Positions 1-13,571 are shown, counted from the first letter of the stretch. The stretch: 64,000 nt of DNA from Leptolyngbyaceae cyanobacterium (GCA_965263355.1 CBDHHL010000048.1:96001-160000); one strand, 5' to 3'. Notes: generated by a model from the sequence alone, not told the origin. Made by a program: numbers and translations.

Positions 1-535
1 ACAACTGTTGTTGTTCTCTCGCTACACCGTGTAATGTACTAGCAATCCAATAAGACAGTTCTAGGGGCAATTCTGGAACACTCTCAGGAAATTGAATTTC
101 TTGACTCGTTAGCTTAGATGAAAGATGCACAACATCACGCAACAATTGGTCTACTTCAGATGCTAAAGATGTCAAATCTTTTTCTACAACTTCATCTTCA
201 ATCCATTCAACCAAACCAACACGATAAGGCTTTTCCCGAACATAATCCAAAACACGAAACCTTTGCTGCCCCATAGTCAATATTTTCATACGATCATCCG
301 GAAGACGTTGAAAATGAATAACTTCAGCACAACAACCAACCTTAGAAATTTCACCATTATCAGGATCGATCATAAGTACACCAAAACGCCGATCCGACTG
401 AAGGATCGTATTCATCATGATGCGATAACGAAACTCAAATATATGAAGCGGTAAATGCCTACCAGGAAAGAGCACCAACTCAGGTAATGGGAATAAAGGT
501 AACTCTCGAACAGCGACTGATGAAGCAAAATCCAT
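1..535 (-). CDS. LON peptidase substrate-binding (N-terminal) domain protein, 3' end outside the window
   Basis: Not in the ORF track. Manual translation from ATG at 535 gives MDFASSVAVRELPLFPLPELVLFPGRHLPLHIFEFRYRIMMNTIL..., the LPLFPL/LPLHIFE motif of Lon-N proteins that commonly follow rpsJ in cyanobacteria. Confidence 0.9.
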   Translation of the reverse strand, partial: MDFASSVAVRELPLFPLPELVLFPGRHLPLHIFEFRYRIMMNTILQSDRRFGVLMIDPDNGEISKVGCCAEVIHFQRLPDDRMKILTMGQQRFRVLDYVREKPYRVGLVEWIEDEVVEKDLTSLASEVDQLLRDVVHLSSKLTSQEIQFPESVPELPLELSYWIASTLHGVAREQQQL

Positions 536-670
536 TATGGCGGGTAGGAGATACTTTTAGGCAAACATCCAAACTAAAGGCACCGTAAACAAGCCTATGA
601 ATGCGCAAGATTATTCTAACCTATCCATTAGATTCAAACATTGCCCTTCTGAAGCCCTTATATAGATAAG

Positions 671-709
671 ATATACCTAAACACTGTAGGAACAGTTGTT
701 CAGGTATAT
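671..709 (-). terminator. Hairpin downstream of rpsJ, possible terminator or processing site
   Basis: atatacct-aaacactgt-agga-acagttgttc-aggtatat imperfect inverted repeat. Confidence 0.4.
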
Positions 710-770
710 TACTAAATTGATACTCACCGTATCCACGAAACATCCAGCGAAGAATACCTAGCTTAGGGAC

Positions 771-1088
771 TTAGAGTTTAACCTCAATATCTACACCAGC
801 GGGCAAATCTAGTTTCATTAGCGCATCAATCGTTTTAGACGTAGGTTGATAAATATCAATGATACGGCGATGAGTACGAGTTTCAAAGTGCTCTCGAGAA
901 TCTTTATTTACATGGGGAGAACGAAGCACACAGTAAATTTTGCGCTTGGTAGGCAAGGGAATTGGTCCAATCGCGGTAGCGTTGGTTCGGTTTGCTGTAT
1001 CTACAATCTTTTCGCAAGAAGTATCTAAGAGACGGCGGTCAAATGCCTTCAAGCGAATACGAATTTTTTGCTGCTGAATAGTAGCCAT
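771..1088 (-). CDS. rpsJ: 30S ribosomal protein S10
   Basis: [10 protein letters not shown]...GPIPLPT...[14 protein letters not shown] motifs. Confidence 0.99.
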   Translation of the reverse strand: MATIQQQKIRIRLKAFDRRLLDTSCEKIVDTANRTNATAIGPIPLPTKRKIYCVLRSPHVNKDSREHFETRTHRRIIDIYQPTSKTIDALMKLDLPAGVDIEVKL

Positions 1089-1144
1089 TACGACTTAAAG
1101 CGTCCTTCAATTATCAAGGTACAAGTGGCCCGAAAGCCAAGAGA

Positions 1145-1170
1145 GCGAAGAAGGCAACCACCTTCTTCGC
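1145..1170 (-). terminator. Hairpin between tuf and rpsJ (attenuator or stabiliser)
   Basis: gcgaagaagg-caacca-ccttcttcgc perfect 10-bp stem. Confidence 0.5.
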
Positions 1171-1202
1171 ATTGGACTAAAATCACTCAGTAATCAATTT
1201 AT

Positions 1203-2432
1203 TTACTCAGTAATTTTTGAAACTACGCCAGCACCTACGGTGCGGCCACCCTCACGGATAGCAAAGCGCATACCTTCTTCAACTGCAACTGGGTTAATCA
1301 GTTCCACATTCATCTTAATGCGATCGCCGGGCATAACCATTTCGGCTGCACTACCATCGTCAGCAGTGAAACTCGCAATAGAACCCGTTACATCAGTTGT
1401 ACGAACGTAGAACTGAGGCTTATAGCCAGGAAAGAAAGGAGTATGACGACCGCCTTCCTCCTTGTTTAGTACGTAAACTTCTGCCTCAAACTTAGTATGG
1501 GGTGTGATGCTCTTGGGCTTTGCCAAAACCATGCCGCGAAGAATATCTTCCTTCTGAACACCACGCAGAAGGATACCAACGTTATCGCCAGCCATACCTT
1601 CATCGAGAGTCTTCTGAAACATCTCAACACCCGTGACAGTGCTTTCAACCGTGTCACGAATCCCAACAATTTCGACAGTCTCGCCAACCTTGACTTTACC
1701 ACGCTCAATTCGGCCAGTTGCAACAGTACCACGACCAGTAATTGAGAAGACGTCCTCAACAGCCATCAAGAAAGGCTTATCAACGTCACGTTCAGGAGTG
1801 GGAATATAAGCATCAACTTCATCCATAAGGGCATGAATTTTATCAACCCACTCATCCTCACCGCGACTAATGTCACCCTTTGCTTGTAAAGCTTCAACAG
1901 CTTTAAGTGCAGAACCTATGGCAACGGGAATCTCATCACCATCAAACTCGTAGGAACTCAAAAGTTCTCGAACCTCCAGTTCAACCAGCTCAAGCAGTTC
2001 TTCATCATCGACTTGATCCTCTTTATTTAAGAAGACAACGATGTTAGGTACACCGACCTGCTTAGCGAGCAAAATATGCTCACGAGTCTGAGGCATAGGA
2101 CCATCAGCTGCGGAACATACCAAGATAGCACCATCCATCTGAGCCGCACCTGTGATCATATTCTTAACGTAGTCTGCGTGTCCGGGACAGTCTACGTGAG
2201 CATAGTGGCGAGTCTCAGTCTCGTATTCCACGTGAGCCGTATTAATGGTGATACCCCGCGCTTTCTCCTCAGGAGCCGCATCAATATCCTCATAATTGCG
2301 AGCCTTAGCGCCACCAGCTGCTGCCAAAGTCATGGTAATAGCAGCTGTTAGAGTAGTTTTACCGTGGTCAACATGGCCAATAGTGCCAATGTTAACGTGA
2401 GGTTTACTTCTTTCAAACTTTTCGCGTGCCAT
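1203..2432 (-). CDS. tuf: Elongation factor Tu
   Basis: [21 protein letters not shown]; position in the str operon. Confidence 0.99.
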   Translation of the reverse strand: MAREKFERSKPHVNIGTIGHVDHGKTTLTAAITMTLAAAGGAKARNYEDIDAAPEEKARGITINTAHVEYETETRHYAHVDCPGHADYVKNMITGAAQMDGAILVCSAADGPMPQTREHILLAKQVGVPNIVVFLNKEDQVDDEELLELVELEVRELLSSYEFDGDEIPVAIGSALKAVEALQAKGDISRGEDEWVDKIHALMDEVDAYIPTPERDVDKPFLMAVEDVFSITGRGTVATGRIERGKVKVGETVEIVGIRDTVESTVTGVEMFQKTLDEGMAGDNVGILLRGVQKEDILRGMVLAKPKSITPHTKFEAEVYVLNKEEGGRHTPFFPGYKPQFYVRTTDVTGSIASFTADDGSAAEMVMPGDRIKMNVELINPVAVEEGMRFAIREGGRTVGAGVVSKITE

Positions 2433-2457
2433 GTATTTACTGTGTCCCTAAACTAAC

Positions 2458-4533
2458 TTATGCGTTCCCTTTATTTCTAGCGATAACCGCATCAGCCACA
2501 TTACGCGGAACATCCGCATAGTGGCTAAACTCCATAGAGAATATGCCTCGACCCTGAGTCTTTGAACGGATGTCAGTGGCATAGCCAAACATCTCAGCCA
2601 GTGGTACGTTTGCACTAACCTTGGCCAGGCCGTCCTCAGACCCCATACCCTCAATCTGGCCTCGACGAGAGTTAAGGTCTCCCATGATGTCACCAAGAAA
2701 CTCCTCAGGAGCCTCAACTTCGATTTTCATCATAGGTTCCAGTAATACTGGAGAAGCCTTTGTGACAGCATCTTGAATAGCCATTGACCCAGCGATCTTA
2801 AAGGCCATCTCAGATGAGTCCACATCGTGGTAAGAACCGTCTACCAGTGTGACTTTAATGTCGATCACGGGATACCCAGCTAGAATACCAGATTCGCACT
2901 TTTCTTTCATGCCAGCTTCCGAAGGGCCAATGAATTCCTTAGGCACCGTACCACCAACAATCTTAGATTCGAACTCAAATCCGGAGCCTTCTTCCCCTGG
3001 CTCAACTTCAATCACAACATGGCCAAATTGCCCCTTACCTCCACTTTGGCGCACAAACTTACCTTCAGCGGCAACCGCCTTGCGAATGGTTTCGCGGTAG
3101 GCAACCTGGGGTGCACCAATATTTGCTTCTACCTTAAATTCTCGCTTCATACGATCCACGAGAATATCCAGATGAAGCTCCCCCATTCCTGCAATTACTG
3201 TCTGATTCGTTTCAGGATTGGTAGAAACCCTAAACGTTGGATCTTCTTCAGACAGCGATTGTAAAGCTTTAGCCAGCTTTTCCATATCCTGCTTAGTTTT
3301 AGGCTCCACAGCCACGGATATGACAGGCTCTGGCACGAATAAGGACTCTAACACAATCGGACTATCAGTTGTACAGATTGTGTCCCCTGTAGTTGTGTCC
3401 TTAAGACCTAATACAGCACCTAAATCACCAGCTCGAAGTTCATCAACTTCAATACGGTCATCTGCCTTGAGGATAATTAAACGAGAGATCCGCTCTTTTT
3501 TGTCCTTCGTAGCATTGTACACATAACTACCTTTGGCCAAGACGCCCGAATACATGCGAATAAAGGTGAGTCGCCCGTAGGGATCCGACATAATCTTAAA
3601 TGCCAGAGCTGCTAGCGGCCCATCATCCTCAGGAGGGCGCTCTCCCGTCTTTCCATCAGGTAGTGTGCCTTGGATAGCTGGCACTTCCAGAGGAGAAGGT
3701 AAATAATCAACAACCGCATCTAAAAGAAGTTGAACCCCCTTATTCTTGAATGCTGAGCCGCAAAGCATCGGCACTAACCCACTGTCAGTAACTCCTTTGT
3801 GCAAAGCATCGATGATTTCTTTTTCGGTCAGCTCTTCACCCTCAAGATATTTTTCCATGAGAGTATCATCAGTCTCGGCAATCGCTTCAATTAGCAGAGT
3901 CCGATACTCATCAGCCTGCGCTTGAAGATCACCTGGAATATCGACTTCCTCAATATCGGTACCCAAATCATTGGTGTAGACATGGGCTCGCATCCTAACC
4001 AAATCCACCACACCCTGAAACTGATCTTCAGCACCAATGGGTATCTGAATAGGGACAGCGTTGGCTTTGAGTCGATCTCGCACTTGTTCGTACACTCGGA
4101 AAAAATTAGCCCCAGTGCGATCCATCTTATTGACAAACGCAATACGTGGAACGCTGTAGCGATCGGCCTGCCGCCAAACCGTTTCCGATTGAGGCTGTAC
4201 ACCTCCCACTGAGCAAAAAACAGCAATTACACCATCTAGAACGCGCATTGAACGTTCTACCTCAATAGTGAAATCTACGTGCCCAGGAGTATCAATAATA
4301 TTGACTTGATGGTCACGCCAGCTAGTACTGATGGCAGCAGCCGTAATCGTGATGCCACGTTCTTGCTCTTGCTCCATCCAATCGGTCACCGCATTACCGT
4401 CATGTACCTCTCCAATCTTGTGAACAACACCAGAGTAGAAAAGGATACGTTCGGTTGTTGTGGTCTTACCGGCATCAATGTGAGCAGCGATGCCAATATT
4501 TCTAACTCTGTCTAATGGAGAGATTCGTGCCAT
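2458..4533 (-). CDS. fusA: Elongation factor G
   Basis: [23 protein letters not shown], 691 aa. Confidence 0.99.
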   Translation of the reverse strand: MARISPLDRVRNIGIAAHIDAGKTTTTERILFYSGVVHKIGEVHDGNAVTDWMEQEQERGITITAAAISTSWRDHQVNIIDTPGHVDFTIEVERSMRVLDGVIAVFCSVGGVQPQSETVWRQADRYSVPRIAFVNKMDRTGANFFRVYEQVRDRLKANAVPIQIPIGAEDQFQGVVDLVRMRAHVYTNDLGTDIEEVDIPGDLQAQADEYRTLLIEAIAETDDTLMEKYLEGEELTEKEIIDALHKGVTDSGLVPMLCGSAFKNKGVQLLLDAVVDYLPSPLEVPAIQGTLPDGKTGERPPEDDGPLAALAFKIMSDPYGRLTFIRMYSGVLAKGSYVYNATKDKKERISRLIILKADDRIEVDELRAGDLGAVLGLKDTTTGDTICTTDSPIVLESLFVPEPVISVAVEPKTKQDMEKLAKALQSLSEEDPTFRVSTNPETNQTVIAGMGELHLDILVDRMKREFKVEANIGAPQVAYRETIRKAVAAEGKFVRQSGGKGQFGHVVIEVEPGEEGSGFEFESKIVGGTVPKEFIGPSEAGMKEKCESGILAGYPVIDIKVTLVDGSYHDVDSSEMAFKIAGSMAIQDAVTKASPVLLEPMMKIEVEAPEEFLGDIMGDLNSRRGQIEGMGSEDGLAKVSANVPLAEMFGYATDIRSKTQGRGIFSMEFSHYADVPRNVADAVIARNKGNA

Positions 4534-4597
4534 GCCTGTAGTCTCGCAACGACATACTTAAAAGCCATTTTGCTAACATTCAAGCCAAACTCTATGG

Positions 4598-5068
4598 CTA
4601 GTAACGGTAATGGGCAAACGCCTTATTAGCTTCTGCCATACGATGCGTTTCTTCCCGCTTACGCACAGCACCACCGGTTTCATTAGCTGCATCCATTAGC
4701 TCATTAGCGAGCTTGATAGCCATACTCTTCCCAGCCCGCTGGCGAGCAAACTGAGAAATCCAACGTAGTGATAAAGCAGTACCCCGATCAGCACGAACTT
4801 CCATAGGAACTTGATAGGTGGCACCACCCACACGACGAGCCTTCACTTCAACCAGGGGTGTTGTATTACGTACAGCCTGTTCAAATACCTCCAAAGGCTC
4901 GTTACCAGTACGTTCTTTGATAAGTTCAAAGGCTCCATAAACAATTCGGAGTGATAAGGACTTTTTACCGCTGACCATGATGCGCCGAACCATCATGCTG
5001 ACCAATCGGCTGCCGTACACAGAATCAGGTGGGACAACGCGCTTCTGAGCGCTTGAACGACGAGACAT
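4598..5068 (-). CDS. rpsG: 30S ribosomal protein S7
   Basis: [11 protein letters not shown]...[15 protein letters not shown]. Confidence 0.99.
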   Translation of the reverse strand: MSRRSSAQKRVVPPDSVYGSRLVSMMVRRIMVSGKKSLSLRIVYGAFELIKERTGNEPLEVFEQAVRNTTPLVEVKARRVGGATYQVPMEVRADRGTALSLRWISQFARQRAGKSMAIKLANELMDAANETGGAVRKREETHRMAEANKAFAHYRY

Positions 5069-5232
5069 AGTAATCCTTTGATAAGACGTATGAGCTGAGT
5101 GCTAAGAGTCGGCAAATGTCGACAATATTTAGCTAGAAAGTCTGTGGCGGATACACTAGCAAACGCACTGCAACTATACGAAAGCTCAGGGCCACACCTG
5201 CCCACCTCCCGTAGTGCGCTGCCGCAGAACCG

Positions 5233-5607
5233 TTACTCTTTAGGACGCTTAGCGCCATATTTTGAACGACCTTGACGGCGATCCTTCACCCCAGCGGTGT
5301 CGAGGGTGCCACGGATAATATGGTAACGAACACCTGGAAGGTCTTTAACACGACCGCCGCGAATCATAACAACGGAGTGTTCTTGTAAATTGTGACCAAT
5401 GCCAGGAATGTAGGCAGTAACCTCAAAACCAGACGTTAATCGGACCCTGGCTACTTTGCGCAATGCCGAATTGGGTTTCTTGGGCGTTGTAGTGTAAACA
5501 CGAGTACAAACTCCTCGACGCTGAGGGCAACTCTTCAGCGCTGGGGATTTTGTCTTTTTCTGAGCGTTGCTGCGCTCACTCCGAATGAGCTGTTGAATGG
5601 TTGGCAT
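5233..5607 (-). CDS. rpsL: 30S ribosomal protein S12
   Basis: MPTIQQLIR...[10 protein letters not shown]...DLPGVRY. Confidence 0.99.
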   Translation of the reverse strand: MPTIQQLIRSERSNAQKKTKSPALKSCPQRRGVCTRVYTTTPKKPNSALRKVARVRLTSGFEVTAYIPGIGHNLQEHSVVMIRGGRVKDLPGVRYHIIRGTLDTAGVKDRRQGRSKYGAKRPKE

Positions 5608-5707
5608 ACTTAAAAAGGCAAATGCCTACTTTTCGAAGTTTTCACAAGACCCCATCATATCGATTCTAGAAACTTATTGTCAATCATTTTTTAGTCTTTC
5701 CCATTTG

Positions 5708-5750
5708 CAGATAGCGGTCTAGGTCAAAATCCGACCTAGACCGCTATCTG
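5708..5750. terminator. Perfect 18-bp stem hairpin between the cupin gene and rpsL
   Basis: cagatagcggtctaggtc-aaaatcc-gacctagaccgctatctg. Confidence 0.6.
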
Positions 5751-5801
5751 TGGCCAAGCTATATTCAATTCTTCAACAGCTAGTATCGGCCTGAGTTGAC
5801 T

Positions 5802-6230
5802 CTATTTACTATCTGTGCGGGCATAGTCATCCTGAAAACGAATGATGTCATCTTCACCCAAATATTCACCATTCTGCACTTCGATGAGGACAAGGGGAAT
5901 GACACCCGAATTTTCTAATCGGTGAGCAGTACAAGCAGGCACATAGGTAGACTGATTAGTACAGAGCAGAATTTCCTGATCACCACAAATGACTTTAGCC
6001 GTACCAGATACAACAATCCAGTGCTCACTGCGATGATGATGCATCTGTAGGCTCAGACGATGCCCAGGCTTAACCTCAATGCGCTTGATCTTGTAGCCTT
6101 TACCTTCTTCGAGAACGGTAAAAGAGCCCCAAGGCCTTGTGTCGAACTTAGGAGAGTTATCTGTGACTGTAGTCAAGTTCTCTTTAGTTTCTTGCGTGGA
6201 GGACTTAGGACGATCTTGAGTTTGGACCAT
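5802..6230 (-). CDS. Mannose-6-phosphate isomerase type II C-terminal cupin protein
   Basis: RPWGSF, LSLQMHHHRSEHWIVVSGTA, EVQNGEYLGEDDIIRFQDDY. Confidence 0.9.
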   Translation of the reverse strand: MVQTQDRPKSSTQETKENLTTVTDNSPKFDTRPWGSFTVLEEGKGYKIKRIEVKPGHRLSLQMHHHRSEHWIVVSGTAKVICGDQEILLCTNQSTYVPACTAHRLENSGVIPLVLIEVQNGEYLGEDDIIRFQDDYARTDSK

Positions 6231-6638
6231 GGTGATAGTTCCTTTTTAGAAAAGACAGATAGCAGCTACTTTTTGTGGTTGATTTTTAGACGTTACTAGG
6301 GTCAAGGGATGCTTAACCTGTATTAACTGAGCAGTAGGCGTTATAACTGCGCCGTCAAATGACAGCGTAAGATTCGAATACCGATTTAGTAACCTTTAGT
6401 TACCATACGTATTGAGTAGCCAAAGGGTTCTTTAAAGGCACCGTTGTACAGAAACTTGAGGGTTTAGTATCAAACACAGGCTTCTGTGAGCACACTTTGC
6501 CTAAGGCATTTTATTCAGGTCTCATCATAACAGTGGAAATTGGATAGGTGTCAGGGGTGAGGCTACCGAAAGGATTAACTAAACGGAGTCTTCAATTTCC
6601 GCGGGATACCTTAAAGTTTGCTTCAATCAAGAGCAAGC

Positions 6639-8486
6639 TTAAGGACGATTCTTGTTAAGAGGATTAGCAAATAGGCCTAGGGCATTATTGATACGGGCAG
6701 CTGTACGAGGATATCGATTAACTAACTGTCCGCTTAGATAGAGGCTTGATGAACTTCCACCATCCAAATTAAGGGCTTCGGTACAGTCCAGTTTTTGCAG
6801 AATCTTAGCAGTTTCGTTGAGAGTCGGCCCTCGACCTCCAACCCGATCCTGAATAGCGACCAATTTCATTTGCCCGGTGGCAGTCATACCAATCACACTT
6901 CTGGGCGCTTTTCCTTCAATAAAGTTGCGGCTAAACGACTCTCTTTGAGCATCTAGAACAACATTACCGTTAGTTATCAGTAAAGGACCTGCACCGAGGA
7001 TATGTGGAAATTGCTCAAACCGAGCAGGTTGGGCTTGTTGATTTAGGGTTAAGGTGCTGCCTTGCGGGAATGCAGTTGCGGCAGAATTAAAAGACCGCAG
7101 CACTAATATATAGTCTGCAGAAGGAATTGGAACAGTGTCTTGACCAGCTATACCCAGCGTACGTTGTTGAATCACCCGGTTATTTTGAACGGTGATGATA
7201 ATTTCGTTGTCAACCAGGCTGGTGTACTGGGTGCCCCAGTCTTCTGTATAGCGAGCAATACCAGCTTTAACATAACCACTGTTAAGTGTATCTACCGCGT
7301 AAGTTTGGTTGCTCGCGGTAACGGTAGAACTCAAAGTGAGACGAGCCATATTAATATTGCCTTGATCATCCCAGCCGATGGCCCCACGCCCTAGGATTGG
7401 TCCAGAAATCCAACGATTGTTATAGCGTAAGGCTCCTAATGGCAGCTGATTGTTGCGATTAAAAAAGCCTCCATTAATCAGAGCTGTAGTCTGCCATTGG
7501 GCCGCTAAATCTTCTGGCGCTTTAATGCCAGGTGCTTGATCGGGAAACGCCCACAGGGGTAGTAATGAAAAGTCAGGATGGTTAGGGTCTAGACTCAGTG
7601 TATAAACAGGAAAACGCTGACGATTAACGTCAACATAACGCTGTTGAAATTGCAACCCATCAGTCCAGAGAATTTCTTTGGGTATTAGGGGATCGGGGCG
7701 AATATCAAGGACCAGTCGATTGGGTTCCGCTAAGCTCCATAAATGGGCATTAAAGTGATTGGCAACAGTCAGTGTTAAGGTAGTGCGCTGGCCACTGGAG
7801 CTGATATTAATGCTTTTGAGGCTTTGGGTTGGGACTAGTTTGAAATGTGAGATCGCCCCCCTATCCATGGCTGCATCCACCGTCACCGTAATGCTATTGG
7901 TTAGCGAACTCACCTGCCATGCAGCAGCTTTACTTAAATCAAGCACCAGGCGATCACCCCAGGATTGACGGCCTTGCCGAACGGCCATGATCTGGCTAGA
8001 GGGCAGGCTTAAATCAAGCACAGAGCCCTGAGAAGTAACCTGCCACCCATGCTGACGTACCAGTAGAGCTATGTCCACATAGCGATTATTTTCGTAACGC
8101 CATGCGGGTAGCTTCAACGTACCTTGATTAGCATCATTAAACCAAGTTACTGGTTGCTGCGCAGGGTTGTCTGTACTGCCTAGGTCAACACCTAACTGGG
8201 TTGCGATCGCACCATCTGTAATGCCAATTAAATCGCGTCGCTTTTGCCATGCACCAGTGACTAATCGCCCATTGATCCGCAGTTGTCGACCACTGGCCGT
8301 TGGTTCAGCAGCATCTACCAGGGCCAATCGCCCGATGGCAGAGGTTATGACATGAGTTAGAGCCGGTTGAGAGTCTATCTGAGCCACACCTAACACAACC
8401 CCAAAGACACAGAGCATCAAGGCAAAATATTTGAGTAACAATCTAAGGTAAAGCGACCAAGGATCTTGCACCGACATAGGCAACAA
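6639..8486 (-). CDS. Phosphodiester glycosidase (NAGPA/DUF2233) family exported protein
   Basis: INGGFF, GAGPLL, PRSVIG, ALNLDGGSSS motifs; N-terminal hydrophobic segment. Confidence 0.88.
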   Translation of the reverse strand: MLPMSVQDPWSLYLRLLLKYFALMLCVFGVVLGVAQIDSQPALTHVITSAIGRLALVDAAEPTASGRQLRINGRLVTGAWQKRRDLIGITDGAIATQLGVDLGSTDNPAQQPVTWFNDANQGTLKLPAWRYENNRYVDIALLVRQHGWQVTSQGSVLDLSLPSSQIMAVRQGRQSWGDRLVLDLSKAAAWQVSSLTNSITVTVDAAMDRGAISHFKLVPTQSLKSINISSSGQRTTLTLTVANHFNAHLWSLAEPNRLVLDIRPDPLIPKEILWTDGLQFQQRYVDVNRQRFPVYTLSLDPNHPDFSLLPLWAFPDQAPGIKAPEDLAAQWQTTALINGGFFNRNNQLPLGALRYNNRWISGPILGRGAIGWDDQGNINMARLTLSSTVTASNQTYAVDTLNSGYVKAGIARYTEDWGTQYTSLVDNEIIITVQNNRVIQQRTLGIAGQDTVPIPSADYILVLRSFNSAATAFPQGSTLTLNQQAQPARFEQFPHILGAGPLLITNGNVVLDAQRESFSRNFIEGKAPRSVIGMTATGQMKLVAIQDRVGGRGPTLNETAKILQKLDCTEALNLDGGSSSSLYLSGQLVNRYPRTAARINNALGLFANPLNKNRP

Positions 8487-8918
8487 ATCAGATGAAATAT
8501 AGCGAACTAGCCATAGGACTTTCAGATTGCCGCCAAATTTCCAAGCGTTATCAATCGTGAAACTAAATCAAGGGTACTACCTGTAGCGGGGATACTTAAT
8601 CTTTGACAGCACACAACAATTCTTGACGAATTCAAAATAAAAAATTGATAATAGCGATCCTCCAGCACTTTGAAACGACTTCTTAAGGTCGTTTCTCAGA
8701 CTTTGTGAAGGGCGGCTAAGTTTTACTTTTAGAATGTAAAGATAGTATGAACGCTGTCATAGTGAGCAAGTCATTGCCAGTGCTTACAAGCAATCGCTTG
8801 GTTTGGGAAAGGACCCTATGGATTGCTGGAAGTATCAGTCTACACATATTGATCCTATGTAGCCATGTTGACTGATGGTAGGCAGGTCATTTTTTTAGTT
8901 TCTTTTTGTGACGGACCC

Positions 8919-11900
8919 ATGGGTAGTAAGCGTTTAGATAATATGCAATCGAATCAGCAAGTTAACGACCTTGAGCCTTTGGGTCCCAAAGCACTGGTGG
9001 AGGAACGAGATGCTTGTGGTGTCGGGTTTATTGCTGATCAGCAAGGCCGTGCCAGTCACCGCTTAGTTACCGATGCCCTGCATGCCCTTAGCTGTATGGA
9101 ACATCGAGGAGGTTGCTGTGCCGACCAGGATTCTGGTGATGGTGCAGGCATTATGACCGCCATTCCTTGGAAGATTTTGCAGCGTTGGTCTGGCAACCAA
9201 TCACTCAAACTTGGCAATATTGGTGTCGGCATGACATTTTTACCCCGTCATGGGGTAGCGGCAGACATTGCCAAACAAAAATTTGCCCAGGTCACTGAGG
9301 CGGCTGGTATGACCTTGCTTGGTTGGCGACCTGTGCCCGTAGCATCAGATACTCTGGGTGCCCTGGCACGAGAATTTGAACCTCGCATTGAGCAAGTGCT
9401 AGTGGAATCTACGGCAACAGGCAATCAGCTAGAACGACAATTATTCTTATTACGCCGTGCCTGGCTACGAGCCCTAGAAGCTTTCCAAGGTACAGAAGAG
9501 CTTACTGTCGCTTTGCAAGAAGCTTACATGTGTTCTTTCTCCAGTCGTACCATAGTCTATAAGGGTATGGTACGCAGTGAGGTGCTAGGTCAGTTCTACT
9601 TGGATTTACAAGATAGCGACTACGAAAGTGCTTTTGCAGTCTATCACCGTCGTTTTAGCACTAATACGATGCCGAAGTGGCCATTAGCTCATCCAATGCG
9701 GTTATTGGGTCACAACGGTGAAATTAATACTCTGATCGGTAATATTAACTGGATGACGGCCCGTGAAGCGGATTTAGCTAGCCCAGTTTGGGGAGAGAGT
9801 ATTGAACAGCTAAAGCCACTTGTGAACGCTGACAATAGCGATTCAGCAAACTTAGACAACGTTATGGAATTGTTGGTGCGCTCAGGACGTACCCCGACCC
9901 AGGCCTTGATGATGATGGTGCCTGAGGCCTATCTCAACCAGCCTGAACTGCTCAGTTACCCTGAGATTACAGACTTTTACGAATACTATAGCGGTGTACA
10001 AGAACCCTGGGACGGTCCTGCTCTGATAGTCTTTAGCGATGGCAAGCAAGTGGGTGCTGCTCTAGACCGCAACGGCCTCCGTCCGGCTCGCTACGCTATC
10101 ACCCGCAGTGGTTATCTAGTGGTCTCCTCTGAGGCAGGTGTTGTTGAGCTGCCTGTAGAAGACGTGGTGGAAAAAGGGCGACTGGGTCCTGGTCAGATGA
10201 TCGCTATTGACTTTGAAACCCATGAAATTCTAAAAAATTGGCATATCAAGCAGCGGGTGGCCCAAGCTCAACCCTATGGAGACTGGCTACGCAACCATCG
10301 ACAAGAAATTTCTCCCCAACTGTTTCGCGAGCAGCCCTATCTAGAGGGAAAATCCCTATTAACCCAACAAACGGCCTTTGGCTACACCGCTGAAGATCTG
10401 GATATGGTTATTCAGGATATGGCGGCCCAAGGAAAGGAACCCACTTACTGCATGGGAAACGATGCTCCCCTGGCAGTGCTATCGGAAAAACCTCATCTAC
10501 TGTATAACTACTTCAAACAGCGGTTTGCCCAGGTGACTAATCCCCCTATCGATCCTCTGCGGGAGCGACTGGTGATGTCATTACAGATGCAGCTGGGACA
10601 GCGCAACAACCTATTAGAAGAAAAGCCCAGCCAGTTGATCAAACTGGACTCGCCGGTCATTAATGACAATGAACTGGCACTCATCCGTCAGGGTAATTTG
10701 CCGACGGCGACTATTTCGACGCTTTATGCTATCGAGGCTGGGCCGAATGGCTTAGGCTCAGCCCTCACAGTGCTGTGTGATCAAGCAGATGCAGCCGTTA
10801 AAGCCGGTGCTAAAATTCTGATCGTTAGCGATCGCATCGACACCAACGGCACCCCAGCCACAATATCCGCTACCCAAAGCTATATTCCTCCTCTATTAGC
10901 CATCGGTGCTGTACACCATCACCTGATCGGCAATGGTTTGCGGATGCGCACATCACTACTAGTGGATACGGCTCAGTGTTGGAGCACCCACCACTTTGCT
11001 TGCCTGATCGGCTATGGTGCAAGTGCCGTGTGTCCTTACCTTGCCCTAGAAAGCGTTCGCCACTGGTGGGCTACTAGCAAGACGCAAAAGCTGATGGCAA
11101 CTGGCAAACTGCCCGTGACCACGCTCAATGGTGCCCAGGCTAACTACCGTAAGGCCGTAGAATCTGGCTTGCTAAAGATTCTCTCTAAGATGGGAATTTC
11201 TCTGCTATCGAGCTATCAGGGCGCTCAAATTTTCGAAGCTATTGGAATTGGCCCCGAGCTATTGACTGCAGGCTTTAAGGGCAGCATTTCTCGTTTGGGT
11301 GGTCTGACATTGGCCGAGCTAGCCCAGGAAACCATGCGTTTCCACAGTAAGGCATTTCCGGAACTCACCGGTAAACGTCTAGAGCATATGGGCTTTGTCC
11401 AAGCCCGCCCCAAAGGTGAGTATCACAGCAACAGCCCACAGCTGACTAAATTGCTCCATAAGGCTGTCAAGTCCAATCAATACGATCACTACGCCCTGTA
11501 CCAGGAACAACTCAAGGGCAGTCCGGTTGCCGCTCTACGAGACTTGTTAGATTTCAAAAGCGACCGTGACGCTATCCCTGTCGAGCAGGTGGAGTCAGTT
11601 GAGGCCATTATGCGCCGCTTCTGCACTGGCGGTATGTCTTTAGGAGCCCTGTCTCGTGAGGCCCATGAGACATTGGCGATCGCAATGAACCGCATTGGCG
11701 GTAAATCTAACTCTGGTGAAGGGGGAGAAGACGCCATCCGTTTCCAAGCGATTAATGATGTGGACGATCATGGTCTGTCAGCCACACTGCCCCACCTTAA
11801 AGGCCTAAAATCTGGTGACACCGCTTGTTCTGCCATTAAACAAGTGGCCTCAGGTCGCTTTGGCGTTACCCCTGAGTACTTAATGAGCGCCAAACAAATT

Positions 11901-13571
11901 GAGATCAAAATGGCCCAGGGGGCTAAGCCTGGAGAAGGCGGACAGCTGCCTGGACGTAAAGTGAGCGAATACATTGCCTCACTACGACGCTCTAAACCTG
12001 GTGTAACCTTAATTTCCCCCCCACCTCACCACGATATCTATTCGATTGAGGATCTGGCTCAGCTGATCTTTGATTTACATCAAATCAATCCGGCGGCAGG
12101 GGTATCTGTCAAACTCGTGTCTGAAATTGGCATCGGCACCATTGCTGCGGGTGTTGCTAAAGCCAATGCCGATATCATTCAAGTCTCTGGTCACGATGGA
12201 GGGACTGGCGCATCACCCTTAAGCTCCATTAAGCATGCGGGTGTGCCTTGGGAGCTGGGTCTGACCGAAGTCCATCGGGTCCTGATGAAAAATCAGCTGC
12301 GAGATCGCGTCTTACTGCGGGTAGACGGTGGTCTTAAAACTGGTTGGGATGTGGTCATGGGGGCTCTAATGGGGGCCGAAGAATATGGCTTTGGCACCAT
12401 CGCAATGATTGCCGAGGGCTGCATTATGGCTCGTGTTTGCCATACCAATAGCTGTCCGGTCGGTGTCACCACTCAACGTGAAGAACTTCGTAAGCGCTTT
12501 ACCGGCATTCCCGAGCATGTGGTCAACTTCTTCTATTTTATGGCTGAGGAAGTGCGTTCACTACTAGCGCATTTGGGCTATCGGTCATTAAGTGAGGTGA
12601 TTGGTCGGGCTGATCTGCTGACCCCACGGGCTAACGCTAGTCTGACCAAAACCCAGGGGTTAACGTTAGACATCATTACTCAATTGCCTGATACGCGGCG
12701 CGATCGCAGCTGGTTAGACCATGGTGACATCAACAGCAACGGGCCTGTATTGGATGATCGACTCCTAGCAGATACCGATATTCAAACGGCCATCGCTAAT
12801 CAGGGTGAAATTAGCAAAACCTTTGATGTCACTAATACCGATCGCTCAGTAGGTGCCCGTATCTCTGGCAAAATTGCTAAACAGTATGGCAATAACGGCT
12901 TTGCTGGCGTGTTAAACCTTACCTTTAACGGTAGCGTTGGTCAGAGCTTTGGAGCCTTTAACCTGCCTGGCATGGGTCTACGTCTTGTGGGCGAAGCCAA
13001 TGACTATGTTGGCAAAGGCATGCATGGTGGCGAAATCATCATTACACCATTTGAGGGTATCCAATATGACCCATCTGAGCATGTCATCATCGGCAACACC
13101 TGTCTCTATGGTGCTACCGGCGGCACCCTCTATGCCTTTGGTAAAGCAGGTGAGCGTTTCGCCGTACGTAATTCCAAAGGTCAGGCAGTGATTGAGGGGG
13201 CGGGCGATCATTGCTGTGAATACATGACCGGTGGTGTTGTGGTTTGCCTTGGGGGCGTCGGTCGTAACGTGGGCGCAGGAATGACTGGCGGGTTAGGTTA
13301 CTTCCTAGATGAGCAAGGTGATTTTCCCACCCGGGTCAATCCTGAAATCGTCAAGGTGCAGCGAGTAATCACGGCAGCAGGAGCAAAACAGCTAGCAGAG
13401 ATGATTACACATCACGCAGAACGCACAGGCAGCACTAAGGCAGCTCGTATTTTAGCGGATTGGGATAGCTATTTGCCTATGTTCTGGCAGGTAGTACCAC
13501 CATCAGAAGCGGATCGTCCTGAAACTGTCGATACGGCTGAAACAGTTGCTACTACTTCGTTAATTAATTGA
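8919..13571 (+). CDS. glsF: Ferredoxin-dependent glutamate synthase (Fd-GOGAT)
   Basis: [10 protein letters not shown]-terminal amidotransferase motif, [21 protein letters not shown], 3Fe-4[14 protein letters not shown]; no small subunit adjacent. Start uncertain (8865, 8919 or 8943). Confidence 0.93.
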   Translation: MGSKRLDNMQSNQQVNDLEPLGPKALVEERDACGVGFIADQQGRASHRLVTDALHALSCMEHRGGCCADQDSGDGAGIMTAIPWKILQRWSGNQSLKLGNIGVGMTFLPRHGVAADIAKQKFAQVTEAAGMTLLGWRPVPVASDTLGALAREFEPRIEQVLVESTATGNQLERQLFLLRRAWLRALEAFQGTEELTVALQEAYMCSFSSRTIVYKGMVRSEVLGQFYLDLQDSDYESAFAVYHRRFSTNTMPKWPLAHPMRLLGHNGEINTLIGNINWMTAREADLASPVWGESIEQLKPLVNADNSDSANLDNVMELLVRSGRTPTQALMMMVPEAYLNQPELLSYPEITDFYEYYSGVQEPWDGPALIVFSDGKQVGAALDRNGLRPARYAITRSGYLVVSSEAGVVELPVEDVVEKGRLGPGQMIAIDFETHEILKNWHIKQRVAQAQPYGDWLRNHRQEISPQLFREQPYLEGKSLLTQQTAFGYTAEDLDMVIQDMAAQGKEPTYCMGNDAPLAVLSEKPHLLYNYFKQRFAQVTNPPIDPLRERLVMSLQMQLGQRNNLLEEKPSQLIKLDSPVINDNELALIRQGNLPTATISTLYAIEAGPNGLGSALTVLCDQADAAVKAGAKILIVSDRIDTNGTPATISATQSYIPPLLAIGAVHHHLIGNGLRMRTSLLVDTAQCWSTHHFACLIGYGASAVCPYLALESVRHWWATSKTQKLMATGKLPVTTLNGAQANYRKAVESGLLKILSKMGISLLSSYQGAQIFEAIGIGPELLTAGFKGSISRLGGLTLAELAQETMRFHSKAFPELTGKRLEHMGFVQARPKGEYHSNSPQLTKLLHKAVKSNQYDHYALYQEQLKGSPVAALRDLLDFKSDRDAIPVEQVESVEAIMRRFCTGGMSLGALSREAHETLAIAMNRIGGKSNSGEGGEDAIRFQAINDVDDHGLSATLPHLKGLKSGDTACSAIKQVASGRFGVTPEYLMSAKQIEIKMAQGAKPGEGGQLPGRKVSEYIASLRRSKPGVTLISPPPHHDIYSIEDLAQLIFDLHQINPAAGVSVKLVSEIGIGTIAAGVAKANADIIQVSGHDGGTGASPLSSIKHAGVPWELGLTEVHRVLMKNQLRDRVLLRVDGGLKTGWDVVMGALMGAEEYGFGTIAMIAEGCIMARVCHTNSCPVGVTTQREELRKRFTGIPEHVVNFFYFMAEEVRSLLAHLGYRSLSEVIGRADLLTPRANASLTKTQGLTLDIITQLPDTRRDRSWLDHGDINSNGPVLDDRLLADTDIQTAIANQGEISKTFDVTNTDRSVGARISGKIAKQYGNNGFAGVLNLTFNGSVGQSFGAFNLPGMGLRLVGEANDYVGKGMHGGEIIITPFEGIQYDPSEHVIIGNTCLYGATGGTLYAFGKAGERFAVRNSKGQAVIEGAGDHCCEYMTGGVVVCLGGVGRNVGAGMTGGLGYFLDEQGDFPTRVNPEIVKVQRVITAAGAKQLAEMITHHAERTGSTKAARILADWDSYLPMFWQVVPPSEADRPETVDTAETVATTSLIN

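Noticed and set aside
263..454. 63-aa plus-strand ORF and the many other short overlapping ORFs in the track
   Set aside because: Antisense or alternate-frame shadows of confidently identified genes, here the Lon-N gene.
771..5607. rpsJ at the end of the str operon rather than heading the S10 cluster
   Set aside because: Normal cyanobacterial arrangement.
8487..8918. NtcA-like sites upstream of glsF
   Set aside because: The GTA...TAC pairs found have 6-7 nt spacing, not 8.
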